Shown in pieces: positions 28,203 to 38,079 of a stretch of 64,000 nt of DNA. The stretch is from a phage, in sequence record PZ229304.1; one strand, 5' to 3'. Position 1 is the first letter of the stretch. Each line of letters opens with the position of its first letter. Both the position numbers and the translations under genes were made by a program. The notes under the pieces are model-generated. The model searched no databases. It saw only the letters and a list, made by a program, of their open reading frames with translations, and was not told the origin of the DNA.

Positions 28203-28453
28203 TATTCATCCCAATCGCCGTTACGAGCACTTTCAAGAACCTTGACAACTTCTGCATACTCTACAGCTAAACCAGCACATACTTCAGCTTGTTTTGCAAT
28301 TGCTTGCTTAAAGAACATAGCGATTGCAACACTCTGTGTTGTGTGAATGTTATCTGCTTTAGTTGATACATGAAGATCAAAATCTTCTTCATCAAAGGTG
28401 AGTTCCATAGTAACAATAAATTTCTCGGTCATAAAAATGCTCCTCTTAAACAA
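28202..28453 (-). CDS. hypothetical protein
   Basis: ORF track. Confidence 0.4.
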   Translation of the reverse strand: MFKRSIFMTEKFIVTMELTFDEEDFDLHVSTKADNIHTTQSVAIAMFFKQAIAKQAEVCAGLAVEYAEVVKVLESARNGDWDE

Positions 28454-28955
28454 AATAGAAAGGTTGAGTTAAACCCAGCCTGTTTTTTGGGTCGTAGACG
28501 TACCAAGCATATGCTGTCTTATCAGTACCACCTGCAACAAAAGATGGTCGTTCAGAAAGAACAATCAAATTTGTTGGTGGATTCTGTTTATGGAATTCCC
28601 TTCGTTTAATAGACTCTAGGAACCCAAGACGCAACAAGTATATGCAAACGTCTGCTTCTTTTAAGCTCTTTTGCAAGAACTCAAGTGCAAGTTTGAATGG
28701 GGGATTTGTGATTATAATATCCGGCTTAGTATGCCATTCGTGGTTAAAATAATCTTTCCCTTCTTCTAACTCACAATATTCTGATCCTTCTGGAAAATGT
28801 TGATAAATTGCAGCAGCAGCGCCTTTACACGGTTCTGCAAAAATAAAACCTTCTTCTTTAAGGTTATTAAAATCTATTACACTAAATAATGCATTTATAC
28901 ATTTTTGTGGAGTAGGATAGTAATCAGTTGGTGGACGATCATACTTATTTGCCAC
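28446..28955 (-). CDS. small DNA methyltransferase, probable N6-adenine type (NPPF catalytic motif)
   Basis: IITNPPF motif IV-like plus N-terminal DYYPTP / EPCKG AdoMet-pocket-like segment. Confidence 0.55.
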   Translation of the reverse strand: MANKYDRPPTDYYPTPQKCINALFSVIDFNNLKEEGFIFAEPCKGAAAAIYQHFPEGSEYCELEEGKDYFNHEWHTKPDIIITNPPFKLALEFLQKSLKEADVCIYLLRLGFLESIKRREFHKQNPPTNLIVLSERPSFVAGGTDKTAYAWYVYDPKNRLGLTQPFYFV

Positions 28956-29373
28956 TACTTAAAATCTCCTCTTTTGTGATTTCAGGGTCTTCTTCAAAAA
29001 CCATAATATCTCTTAAGAACGTTAATTCTTCCATAGATACTGGTATTGTATCTTCTTCTGTTTTTCGTTTACATAAATCGTCAAGAAAGTTTTTAAAGTT
29101 TTCTGACAAATCGTAAAATTTCAACAGTTGATAATCACAGGAGGAGATCCTATCTAGTTCTAACATTCTTTCTAAGATATTTTCTGTGTTGCCATACAGC
29201 ACACGAACTTCTCCGAAAGGGTTGACTGAGTATTGTGAAGTTCTGAACCATCCCTTTTTAGATACAGTGTAACGCTGTTCTGCTAAACTTTCAATAAAAT
29301 TTTTAGCTCTTTTACAGTTTTGTTCTAAAGAGTAGTAGGCTTTTTCTACAAAGGTTACAGGTACTGGTAACAT
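28945..29373 (-). CDS. hypothetical protein
   Basis: ORF track. Confidence 0.45.
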   Translation of the reverse strand: MLPVPVTFVEKAYYSLEQNCKRAKNFIESLAEQRYTVSKKGWFRTSQYSVNPFGEVRVLYGNTENILERMLELDRISSCDYQLLKFYDLSENFKNFLDDLCKRKTEEDTIPVSMEELTFLRDIMVFEEDPEITKEEILSSGK

Positions 29374-29413
29374 ATCTCCTCCTAATAACCCCCTCGCGGG
29401 GGTTTATACTAGA

Positions 29414-30067
29414 TTAATTATCAGAGGACACTTTATCAAGTTTTTCAGAGACTGTCAATACTTTTTCTTGTGATTCTTTCATTTCTGCTAAAATACTTTC
29501 AGCTTCATCACTATCAGGATCACCAGTCAACAGCATACTAATTAGTTGCTCCTTGCTGAAGTTCAGAATATCTTCCGCTGTTAACTCCAGTTGTTCTTCG
29601 ATCTCTTCGATAAAAGTTTCACCGCCTGAAAAAGCATCTCGCAGTTTTGCAACTTCCATCGCTTCTTCTGGAGTTGCCCCTGCATCTAAAGCTGCTAAAG
29701 CAAAATCTGCCCCACTACCAACAGCATAATAATCTTCAGTTAAAGGATATGCTCGCGTTGGATTATTACCCTCGTGCATATAAATTTTACCGTCTGGGTG
29801 AACAACCAATGCCACAAACTCTTCATCTTCTTTATCAGGATCGGACTGGATCACCAAACCTGGGATTGTCTCTTGTGCTGCTTGGCATTGTAAGTTTTGT
29901 TCGAACCAAGAAAAGAAAGTCAGGATAGAAGACAGACGTCCTGCACCACCAACAAGGTAGTCCCCAATTTTACGCACTTTCTTGAAATTTAAAGTGTCTA
30001 CACGACTACCTACTGTTACTTTACCGTCAGACAGAATTTTGTTACGTGTTGCAATAATTGTTGTCAT
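29414..30067 (-). CDS. HslV-like Ntn-hydrolase peptidase (proteasome beta-like) with C-terminal acidic extension
   Basis: N-terminal MTTIIATR (Thr at position 2), GDYLVGGAGR, pattern resembling HslV TTIVSVR...GFAGG. Confidence 0.55.
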   Translation of the reverse strand: MTTIIATRNKILSDGKVTVGSRVDTLNFKKVRKIGDYLVGGAGRLSSILTFFSWFEQNLQCQAAQETIPGLVIQSDPDKEDEEFVALVVHPDGKIYMHEGNNPTRAYPLTEDYYAVGSGADFALAALDAGATPEEAMEVAKLRDAFSGGETFIEEIEEQLELTAEDILNFSKEQLISMLLTGDPDSDEAESILAEMKESQEKVLTVSEKLDKVSSDN

Positions 30068-30558
30068 TGTACTTCCTCCTGTAGTGTTTTAAGGACTGCT
30101 TTACCACCGCTTACATATTTACGGAGGTAATCAATAGCTCTTAGTGTTTCTTTATCCACAAGAATTTTATTAGTTCTTGTTAGTGGATGATTTAGTAAAT
30201 CACTGCAATTTCTTACTAACATAGATTTCTTGTGAAAAATACTGCTAAGAAAAAGAAGTTTAGAATCTTCTTCATCAATCAGGAGTAATTCTGAATTAGA
30301 CCCAGCTACATTTATTATACACTCAAACAAGCCTTCTTGACTATCAGATAATTCCTGGTAATATTTAGTTAGCCAATCCTCGCCTTTTAACCAACTAAAA
30401 AACATCTGAACTTTTTGCAAAGTTGTCATGTTCTCTAAACGAAGAGATATTTCTTTTTCAATCTTGTCAATATAAATCTGTCTAAACTCATTCGGCTTAA
30501 CTAAGCCAGCTTGATAGCATTCATCAATACCATTGCGATCAATCTCAATTAGCGTCAT
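30064..30558 (-). CDS. hypothetical protein
   Basis: ORF track. Confidence 0.5.
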   Translation of the reverse strand: MTLIEIDRNGIDECYQAGLVKPNEFRQIYIDKIEKEISLRLENMTTLQKVQMFFSWLKGEDWLTKYYQELSDSQEGLFECIINVAGSNSELLLIDEEDSKLLFLSSIFHKKSMLVRNCSDLLNHPLTRTNKILVDKETLRAIDYLRKYVSGGKAVLKTLQEEVQ

Positions 30559-30594
30559 TTAACCTCCATAACAGGCATCCTTGCCTTGTAATTA

Positions 30595-31347
30595 TTAGTA
30601 TACTTCCGTGATGAACTGAGACAAACGGGAACGTTGGTTATCAGCAGTTGTCATTTCAACATAACCAATAAAATCCACAATAGCTTCCCTTTCTCCTTCT
30701 TCATTAATAGGAACAACACGATCTAACAAATCACCTAACCCGTTAGCTCTTCGTTTAATTGCATATGTTTGATTAACATCGCCCATAATGACAATACGTG
30801 TATTAAGACCTGCTCGCTCAAGGAGAAGTTTTACTGTATTTGGTGACATAAGTTGAACTTCATCAATAAGAATAATGCTGTTATCCCACGTAGCACCTAG
30901 TGCATAGTTTGGAATATTAAGTTCAATTTTGCCACTTGCAATATCGTTTTCCAATTTATTTGCAGTCATAAACTGTTGGAAAATTCTTTTAGTTGATTCG
31001 TAGTGTGCTGCTAGTTTATCAGTCTTATCTCCAGATAAGAAACCAATTTGATCATCACCTACTTCTGTCGGGTTTTTAAGGAAAATCAACTTTCTGAAAT
31101 CACCAGCTTTAAGCATTTGCAATGCTTTCCACAGTGCTGTTGTCGTTTTTCCTGTTCCTGCTGGGGCATTAACAATGGTTAAATCATTCCAAACCATGCT
31201 TCTTACAATAGCTTCTTGATTCCCAACAGGGGTAAATTCATCAAGACGGTAATCATCATTTCCTACTGCTTTAGCCGCATAACGACTGGCACGTTTGTCA
31301 TCATTGGCTGCTGATTGACGACGAGCCTTTGCGGTTTTATTTCCCAT
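30595..31347 (-). CDS. phoH: PhoH-like P-loop ATPase
   Basis: Walker A NAPAGTGKTT, IGFLSGD, LIDEVQ motifs. Confidence 0.8.
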   Translation of the reverse strand: MGNKTAKARRQSAANDDKRASRYAAKAVGNDDYRLDEFTPVGNQEAIVRSMVWNDLTIVNAPAGTGKTTTALWKALQMLKAGDFRKLIFLKNPTEVGDDQIGFLSGDKTDKLAAHYESTKRIFQQFMTANKLENDIASGKIELNIPNYALGATWDNSIILIDEVQLMSPNTVKLLLERAGLNTRIVIMGDVNQTYAIKRRANGLGDLLDRVVPINEEGEREAIVDFIGYVEMTTADNQRSRLSQFITEVY

Positions 31348-31366
31348 GTTTGCACTCCTTATAAAA

Positions 31367-31380
31367 GGGGCTTTCGCCCC
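31367..31380 (-). terminator. hairpin GGGGC-tttc-GCCCC (repeated terminator cassette, copy 2)
   Basis: Between lysozyme stop and phoH start; flanked by A/T runs. Confidence 0.55.
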
Positions 31381-31385
31381 TTTGT

Positions 31386-31886
31386 TTAGTTATAAGCGTC
31401 TAATGTTCCAGTTTTAAGTACCTGAATTACACGCTCTGCGCGATTAGGCGTTTGGCGATACCATTTACTTTTACGTAAATTTATAGAGGCTTGAGTATAA
31501 TATGAATTACTCACTAAAGTCAAGCTATTTTTGAAAGATTCTGCACCTTTCAATCCCATTTGAAATACCATATTGATAATAGCCATTTTACGATTAGGAC
31601 TTACTTTATCGTAAATAGGAGATAATATGGTGCTTGAATGGATCTGTTGTATCGCTTTCTTTACGTCACTCTCAAAGATTTTTCTAGCTTCCGCTTCAGT
31701 AATAACCCCATTGGTTTTTCTACCTACTAAGTTATCAAGAATGCGTATAGCTTCTGCTTTATCTTTGCGTTTTGTCAGAAGGTGTCCAATACCAACTGTC
31801 CAATACCCTTCGGTATCAGGATACACAGTTAGCTTTAGTCCTTCATCAAAACGTAACATATCAAACACATCAACTACTTTAGCCAT
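31386..31886 (-). CDS. e: T4-type lysozyme (endolysin, gene e homolog)
   Basis: Near-collinear with T4 lysozyme: MLRFDEGLKLTVYPDTEGYWTVGIGHLLTK, INMVFQMG, SKWYRQTPNRAERV. Confidence 0.9.
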   Translation of the reverse strand: MAKVVDVFDMLRFDEGLKLTVYPDTEGYWTVGIGHLLTKRKDKAEAIRILDNLVGRKTNGVITEAEARKIFESDVKKAIQQIHSSTILSPIYDKVSPNRKMAIINMVFQMGLKGAESFKNSLTLVSNSYYTQASINLRKSKWYRQTPNRAERVIQVLKTGTLDAYN

Positions 31887-32046
31887 GTTTTCCTTATATT
31901 AGTCGCCCTCCCCATGATCTAGCTCTTGAAACAGTAGGTGTTCAGGAGACATTTCACGTTTAGGCTTCGTCTTTTTAGTTTGGGACTTAAGCTCTGTTGC
32001 CAAAGCACGAGAAAAGATCTTACGTTTCTGTTTACCTTTCATATTG

Positions 32047-32313
32047 TTACTCCGCAATCTGAGCCATGAATTCACGTAGTTCAGAAAAACCTCCTACGTG
32101 GGTTAGCTGTTCACCATCTTCCACAAAAATCTGAGGAAATGTGCGTGGTAGAACACCTGTTTTCTCTAAAACCAGATTCTGAATCTGATCTAAAGAATAG
32201 TCTTCATCTAAGGTAAGGTATTTAAAATCCTGTTCACGCTGTTCTAGTAGAATCTTAGCGTTAGTGCAGAAAGGACAATTTGGTTTACCGTAGATAATAA
32301 AATTCATTTTCAC
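32047..32313 (-). CDS. glutaredoxin/NrdH-like redoxin
   Basis: CPFC active site; about 88 aa; within nucleotide metabolism module. Confidence 0.75.
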   Translation of the reverse strand: MKMNFIIYGKPNCPFCTNAKILLEQREQDFKYLTLDEDYSLDQIQNLVLEKTGVLPRTFPQIFVEDGEQLTHVGGFSELREFMAQIAE

Positions 32314-33140
32314 TCCTTGTTTAAAAGTATAGTTAAAGTTCTTACAATACCGCTATCAACACTTCGCGGATTTAAAGTAGGATCTGTTTTTAAATAAGAT
32401 GTTGCTGGTCTGACTGCTTTGGAATTATAGGTTGAAGCAGATACAGGATTAACTGTAACAGACAAATCTATAACAAGAAATATCTTTCGTGCAAAATCAT
32501 ACCAAGAAATATAATCTGCACCTGCATAGTGTACAATTTTACTATTTACACCATCTTTTACAAGTTTAAAAATTGTTTCTGCAAGATCAGGTGCATAAGT
32601 AGGACATGATAAATGATCACATACTACATTAAATTCTTTTTGACCACCGTTGTAGCGTTCCAACATAGTTTTCAAAAAGTTATGTCCAAATTCACTATAA
32701 ACAGAAGCTGTTCTGATAATAAGTGCTGTAGGACAAACTGCTTGTACTAAAGTTTCACCTAATTGTTTACTGTAACCGTAGGTGTTCAAGGGGTTTGTTT
32801 TACTCTCTTCTGTGCCAGCAACATGTCCATCAAAAACATAGTCTGTTGAAATATGTACAAACTGTATCAGTAAATCATTACATGCTTTGGCAATGTTTGT
32901 TGCACCGTATGCATTAACATTTATACAGGTGTTAACATCTTCTTCAGCTTTATCTACTGCCGTGTAAGCCGCACAATTCACAACAACATCAGGCACGTGC
33001 TGTACAAGACTATTCATAACATCTTTAAAGTTGGTAATGTCTATATCACTTGCTTCAATCAAAATAACATCTTCGGGCGCAACTTTTGCCAAAGACTGTC
33101 CTAATTGACCTTTTGAACCAAAGACTAAAAATTTTGTCAA
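32310..33140 (-). CDS. rmlD: dTDP-4-dehydrorhamnose reductase
   Basis: N-terminal Rossmann GSKGQLG; size and position in rml operon. Confidence 0.65.
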   Translation of the reverse strand: MTKFLVFGSKGQLGQSLAKVAPEDVILIEASDIDITNFKDVMNSLVQHVPDVVVNCAAYTAVDKAEEDVNTCINVNAYGATNIAKACNDLLIQFVHISTDYVFDGHVAGTEESKTNPLNTYGYSKQLGETLVQAVCPTALIIRTASVYSEFGHNFLKTMLERYNGGQKEFNVVCDHLSCPTYAPDLAETIFKLVKDGVNSKIVHYAGADYISWYDFARKIFLVIDLSVTVNPVSASTYNSKAVRPATSYLKTDPTLNPRSVDSGIVRTLTILLNKE

Positions 33141-33691
33141 AATATGATCTCCTTTAGTGTTTTGGCTTGCTGATCTTTTTGTGACAAGATAGGTTTAAAA
33201 TTAATATCATTAAAGATTAAATCAAAACCCCAATCTATATTGATATCTGGATCATTCCACGCAAGACTACACTCTGAAGTCGGATCGTAATATTCTGTAC
33301 ATTTATATTCAAAATCAGCAATGTCGCTAATCACAACAAAACCATGAGCGAAACCAGGAGGAATCCAAAATTGTGTTTTATTCTTTTCAGATAAAAGAAC
33401 ACCTACCCATTCTCCAAATGTTGGACTACCAACCCTAATATCTACAGCAACATCATAAACTTCACCACGAACACAACGTACTAACTTCCCTTGTGGGTTT
33501 TTCTTTTGAAAATGAAGCCCACGTAGAACTCCTCGAATAGAACGTGAGTGGTTATCCTGGACAAAGTTTTGTTTACCTATGTATTGATCATATAAAGCCT
33601 GATTAAAACTTTCTAAGAAAAAGCCACGTTCATCTCCGTAAACGTCAGGTTGAATGATCAACAAATCTTCGATTTTTGTTGCTTGAATCAT
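33137..33691 (-). CDS. rmlC: dTDP-4-dehydrorhamnose 3,5-epimerase
   Basis: Cupin RmlC signatures RGLHFQ, WIPPGFAHGF. Confidence 0.8.
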   Translation of the reverse strand: MIQATKIEDLLIIQPDVYGDERGFFLESFNQALYDQYIGKQNFVQDNHSRSIRGVLRGLHFQKKNPQGKLVRCVRGEVYDVAVDIRVGSPTFGEWVGVLLSEKNKTQFWIPPGFAHGFVVISDIADFEYKCTEYYDPTSECSLAWNDPDINIDWGFDLIFNDINFKPILSQKDQQAKTLKEIIF

Positions 33692-33704
33692 TTAATTCCC
33701 CCTT

Positions 33705-34574
33705 TTATTTTAATTTAAGTAAATACTTACCGTAGTCTGTTTTACTTAAAACCTCTCCAGAACTTTTTACAGAGTCTAAAGTAATCCATTCATTTTTAAA
33801 AGCAATCTCTTCCAGGCATGCAACCTTCATACCTTGTTGCTTTTCTATTGCATGAACAAATTGAGATGCTTCCATAAGACTTTCATGTGTTCCTGTATCC
33901 AGCCAAGTGAAACCTCTTCCTAGTTTACAGACACGTAAAGTCTTTTCTTTCCAGTACATCTCATTTATATCTGTAATCTCTAACTCCCCTCTAGCAGAAG
34001 GTTTAACGCTCTTAGCTTTCTGTATAACAGAATTATCGTAAAAGTACAAGCCTGTGATTGCGTAGTTGCTTTTTGGTGCTTTTGGTTTTTCTTCAATACT
34101 CACCACTGTACCTTCAGAATCAAACTCAACAACACCAAATCTTTCAGGATCATTTACGTGATACCCAAAAATATTAGCTCCACCATTCTTTTCAATATAT
34201 TCTTTAGCAGAATCTAAAATGCTACCAAAACTCTGACCAAAGAATAAATTATCACCTAGCACAAGTGCTACAGAATCTTCACCAATAAAGTTCTCACCAA
34301 TAATAAATGCTTCTGCTAAACCTTTTGGGCTATCCTGTATTGCATACTGTAGGGAAATACCAAAAGAAGAGCCATCACCTAGAAGATTTACAAAATTAAT
34401 TTGATCTTCTGGTGTTGTAATTATTAGTATTTCCCTAATTCCAGAAAGCATTAGGACAGAGAGTGGATAATAAATCATAGGTTTATCGTAAATTGGTAAT
34501 AGTTGTTTACTAACCCCTTTAGTAACTGGGTAAAGTCTTGTTCCACTACCACCTGCTAAGATAATACCTTTCAT
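33705..34574 (-). CDS. rmlA: glucose-1-phosphate thymidylyltransferase
   Basis: [19 protein letters not shown]-terminus and 289 aa length typical of RmlA. Confidence 0.85.
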   Translation of the reverse strand: MKGIILAGGSGTRLYPVTKGVSKQLLPIYDKPMIYYPLSVLMLSGIREILIITTPEDQINFVNLLGDGSSFGISLQYAIQDSPKGLAEAFIIGENFIGEDSVALVLGDNLFFGQSFGSILDSAKEYIEKNGGANIFGYHVNDPERFGVVEFDSEGTVVSIEEKPKAPKSNYAITGLYFYDNSVIQKAKSVKPSARGELEITDINEMYWKEKTLRVCKLGRGFTWLDTGTHESLMEASQFVHAIEKQQGMKVACLEEIAFKNEWITLDSVKSSGEVLSKTDYGKYLLKLK

Positions 34575-34582
34575 ACTCCTCC

Positions 34583-35572
34583 TTAAACTTTATTTTCCCA
34601 CCACTCTTTGTTATCTACATACCAATCAATGGTTGAATAAAGTTTTTCTTCAAATGTGCCTTTAGCTTTCCACCCTAATTCCTTTTCAATCTTATAAGGA
34701 TTCACTTCATATCTTAAATCATGCCCAGGCCTATCTGTAACCATCTCAATGAGGCTACAAGCATCTGTTTCAGATGGATATACCGCATCCATATAATCAC
34801 AAATCATATAGATTACATCAATATTAGTTCTAGGGTTTCTGCTCCCAATATTATATGTCTCTCCAGATTTGCCTTTAGTTACTACTAGGTGTAATGCCTC
34901 TGCGTGATCGTCAACGTATAACCAGTCTCTTACTTGAAGACCATTACCATAAACAGGGATTGGTTTATGCATTAAGATATTTGTTATCGTTTTAGGTATT
35001 AGTTTTTCTGGATGATGATATGCTCCAAAATTATTTGAACAATTTGTTATAACTGTCGGAATACCATAAGTACGATGCCACGCTCTTACCAAATGATCGC
35101 TTGCAGCTTTAGATGCAGCATATGGACTACTTGGTTTATAAGGATTCTGTTCTGTAAACGGATAATCTCCTTCTTCCAGATCACCATATACTTCATCTGT
35201 TGAAATATGATGGAACATTTTAAGATTTGATTTATCTCCCATTAAACGAACAGCTTCTAGAAGATTAAATGTCCCAACAATATTTGAATTTATAAAAACA
35301 CTCGGTGATGCTATTGAATTATCTACGTGACTCTCTGCTGCAAGATGCATTATATAATCTGGATTAACATCTGCCACAATCTTAGCAGTTAACTGCGCAT
35401 TTGTCAAGTCAACACGACAAAACTTTACATTAGGTGTTTCTGATAAATTCCTAGGGTCTGAAGCGTAACCCCATTTATCTATAACGTAAATATCATTCTT
35501 AGTATTTTTAGCTAGGAAACGAACTACCGCACTTCCAATAAAGCCTAAACCACCTGTTACTAAGTATTTCAT
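34583..35572 (-). CDS. rmlB: dTDP-glucose 4,6-dehydratase
   Basis: TGGLGFIGS Rossmann motif, SDR YxxxK (YAASK), about 330 aa. Confidence 0.8.
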   Translation of the reverse strand: MKYLVTGGLGFIGSAVVRFLAKNTKNDIYVIDKWGYASDPRNLSETPNVKFCRVDLTNAQLTAKIVADVNPDYIMHLAAESHVDNSIASPSVFINSNIVGTFNLLEAVRLMGDKSNLKMFHHISTDEVYGDLEEGDYPFTEQNPYKPSSPYAASKAASDHLVRAWHRTYGIPTVITNCSNNFGAYHHPEKLIPKTITNILMHKPIPVYGNGLQVRDWLYVDDHAEALHLVVTKGKSGETYNIGSRNPRTNIDVIYMICDYMDAVYPSETDACSLIEMVTDRPGHDLRYEVNPYKIEKELGWKAKGTFEEKLYSTIDWYVDNKEWWENKV

Positions 35573-35766
35573 TTAGTCTCCTTCCAATTATTCCCTTCAG
35601 TAAAAATAATACCTTCATAAAACAACCATCTGGAACCTTTTTCAACAGGAACAGGAAGCTCTTCTTCAGTAAAGTTATAAACCTCTCTAGCATCTTCTAA
35701 AAGTGATGCAAATGTTTTTGGACTTACTGTTACGCGAGGAGCATTGATCAGTTGATCTAGCATCAT
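35569..35766 (-). CDS. hypothetical protein
   Basis: Start moved to ATG with AAGGAGGA RBS; stop overlaps rmlB start. Confidence 0.4.
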   Translation of the reverse strand: MMLDQLINAPRVTVSPKTFASLLEDAREVYNFTEEELPVPVEKGSRWLFYEGIIFTEGNNWKETK

Positions 35767-35779
35767 TCTACTATCCTCC

Positions 35780-36106
35780 TTACCAAACGTGTTGAGAAAT
35801 AATAGTTTCCGTTTCAATGTTATATTTTTCAAGAAGTTGTGCATAGGCTTCTTTTGCATTTTTATTTAGTTGCTCAAGATCTACAGCTACACTTCCTTCG
35901 CCACCTTCTAAATAAATGCCATATATGCAATAAGATTCATCAGCGTCATAGAAAGGAGAGATACGACTTAAATCAAGACCTTCTTGTAAGAACCAGTTAA
36001 AGTCTCCATCAAATTCTTCTTCAACTCTAGGATCTTCTCCTACAGCTTCTTCCCATTTATTAAAAGGTGCGCCCTGTAACATACGCCATTCAATATTAGT
36101 CCCCAT
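35780..36106 (-). CDS. hypothetical protein
   Basis: ORF track. Confidence 0.45.
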   Translation of the reverse strand: MGTNIEWRMLQGAPFNKWEEAVGEDPRVEEEFDGDFNWFLQEGLDLSRISPFYDADESYCIYGIYLEGGEGSVAVDLEQLNKNAKEAYAQLLEKYNIETETIISQHVW

Positions 36107-36236
36107 TATCTTCCTCTTCTTCTTCAGTATGAACGAAACCTAAACCGTTACAATTCCAACAAGGAATAAATTGTTCCATACTAACAATAAAATTCCCAGT
36201 ACCACCGCAGATAGGACAAATACTTACATCATCCAT
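36099..36236 (-). CDS. hypothetical small zinc-ribbon protein (45 aa)
   Basis: CPICGG...CWNCNG; start overlaps upstream stop. Confidence 0.3.
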
Positions 36237-36238
36237 TA

Positions 36239-36445
36239 TTAAAGCTCCTCAATCTTTTCTAACATCTGTTTTAACTCATTCTCTGTTAACAGAATTTCTG
36301 TGATACCATCATAAGTTTCCACCATCAGAGTAAAACATTTCTCTCCATCTGAACACACAAAAGCACCACCTTCATCTTCTGTTAAGTCAGAATTAATATC
36401 TACATCAACAAAATCAATCATCTTTTTCTCCTTTGATAATTTCAA
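36239..36445 (-). CDS. hypothetical protein
   Basis: ORF track. Confidence 0.4.
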   Translation of the reverse strand: MKLSKEKKMIDFVDVDINSDLTEDEGGAFVCSDGEKCFTLMVETYDGITEILLTENELKQMLEKIEEL

Positions 36446-36632
36446 ACTTGGCTACACCATTAACTATAATGTGACCGCAAGACATAACTCCTAGCCAATG
36501 ATCACCATTCTTTTTTAAACGTTTACCGTAAACATCACAGAAACCATTCTGTAATTCGGAAGCCTCATAAGAGGCTCCCTTTTCGAAAACGTCTTTGAAG
36601 TCAGAAATTAATCCAACACAAAGTAGTTTCAT
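36414..36632 (-). CDS. hypothetical protein
   Basis: ORF track. Confidence 0.4.
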   Translation of the reverse strand: MKLLCVGLISDFKDVFEKGASYEASELQNGFCDVYGKRLKKNGDHWLGVMSCGHIIVNGVAKFEIIKGEKDD

Positions 36633-37717
36633 TAAAAATCTAACTCCTCGTCATCACTTACATCTTTATTTGCTGAATTCAGTTTGTAAGCTGTAATTTG
36701 GATCTCCTGTGCTGCTGCTTGAATTTGATCTGGATTTAACCAAACATCCATCCAAGGCAGTGGACTTTTCTTCGGTGCACGGAATTTGTGTTTCATTTTC
36801 AGTCTGCGATAGATAGGCGCAGCATTGAAGTAAACCCAAAGTTTGAACAGCTCTGCGTTACCACCAACGATAATCCTTCCTTCACTAAACAGATAGTCAC
36901 ACCAATCTTCCTCTTGTCCAACTACCGTGTCAAGAATTGCTGTCAGAACGTCGATATTATCTTCGTATACTTTTCTCCAGACAGGATCTTTCAGCAATGC
37001 ATCAATAATAGCATAATCCATTTTAACGTGCAATAGTTCATCCAACATAATTTTTTGAATGAGTTTAGCTGCACCTACAAACAGTTGCTGCTCTGCTAAG
37101 GCAAATGTTGCAGCAAAAGATGATATGAATTGAATGCCTTCCAGACCGATAAGTGCAATCATTCCTTTCAGAATCAGTAGACGAAGGTTATCATCCTTCT
37201 CAATCAGACCTAGAGCATACTTATGCCCTGCCTCTGCCAGATCACTCATTATCTCTTCAACTATACCCATCCTCTGGAAGATTCTTTCGTTCTCCATAAT
37301 CTGATCGATAACTTCATTTGGATTAGGGATACACTGACGAATAATTTCAGAATATGTCAAAGCGTGTAAAACTTCCATTTCTGATTGCTTCATCATCATT
37401 GCACATGCTTCGTTGTTGCTTAAAAATGGTGCAAACAAAGTGATGATTGATTTAGCAAGTGAATCATTTTCCCATTGGAAAGATAGGTTTTTGATCATAA
37501 CATCATAGTTGCTTTTAGAACAAGCTACGAAATCTTTTCGTGTCTGATCTAAGTTTACTTCGTTTTCATCCCAATCTTGCTGTTTTTGTAGTTTGTACAG
37601 ACGATGCATTTCTGGGTATGTTACATTAATAGAATCAAAAATACCTAACTGTTCTCCCAAAAACACAGGGTAGAAACCTTCTTTGTAAGTGTCGTTGTAT
37701 AAGTTAATTGCTGCCAT
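36632..37717 (-). CDS. nrdB: ribonucleotide reductase class Ia small (beta) subunit
   Basis: About 360 aa ferritin-like protein immediately downstream of nrdA; acidic C-terminal tail. Confidence 0.75.
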   Translation of the reverse strand: MAAINLYNDTYKEGFYPVFLGEQLGIFDSINVTYPEMHRLYKLQKQQDWDENEVNLDQTRKDFVACSKSNYDVMIKNLSFQWENDSLAKSIITLFAPFLSNNEACAMMMKQSEMEVLHALTYSEIIRQCIPNPNEVIDQIMENERIFQRMGIVEEIMSDLAEAGHKYALGLIEKDDNLRLLILKGMIALIGLEGIQFISSFAATFALAEQQLFVGAAKLIQKIMLDELLHVKMDYAIIDALLKDPVWRKVYEDNIDVLTAILDTVVGQEEDWCDYLFSEGRIIVGGNAELFKLWVYFNAAPIYRRLKMKHKFRAPKKSPLPWMDVWLNPDQIQAAAQEIQITAYKLNSANKDVSDDEELDF

Positions 37718-38039
37718 TTAAATCCTCCACAATATCGCACATTGCTTTTATTGTATCAATGTGTTCTCTCTCCATACCATGCTCTATGTAAGCCTTCTCT
37801 AATGCGTCCCATACACTCTTTGTGAGTAGTACAGTAACCTCTCCCTCATACCTTGCCCTGGTTAAAGCATACCAGGTAGCTATGGGATCATTGGAAGCCC
37901 ATATTTCAACACTGGAAAATTGAAAACCTGCAATATAATTGCAACACCAATCGAATGTAAAATCTTTACTATCTACCAGTGTATAATTTCCCCAACGCCT
38001 TTGTGGTGTTGCTCCAGGTAATACAACTAATGTAGGCAT
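37704..38039 (-). CDS. hypothetical protein between nrdA and nrdB
   Basis: Start moved to ATG with AAGGAGG RBS. Confidence 0.45.
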   Translation of the reverse strand: MPTLVVLPGATPQRRWGNYTLVDSKDFTFDWCCNYIAGFQFSSVEIWASNDPIATWYALTRARYEGEVTVLLTKSVWDALEKAYIEHGMEREHIDTIKAMCDIVEDLNGSN

Positions 38040-38051
38040 ATTCCTCCTTAA

Positions 38052-38075
38052 GAAAGGGGGACAAAGCCCCCTAGT
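38052..38075 (-). terminator. hairpin GGGGGACAAAGCCCCC-like stem-loop downstream of nrdA
   Basis: GC stem with flanking T/A runs. Confidence 0.45.
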
Positions 38076-38079
38076 TTCA

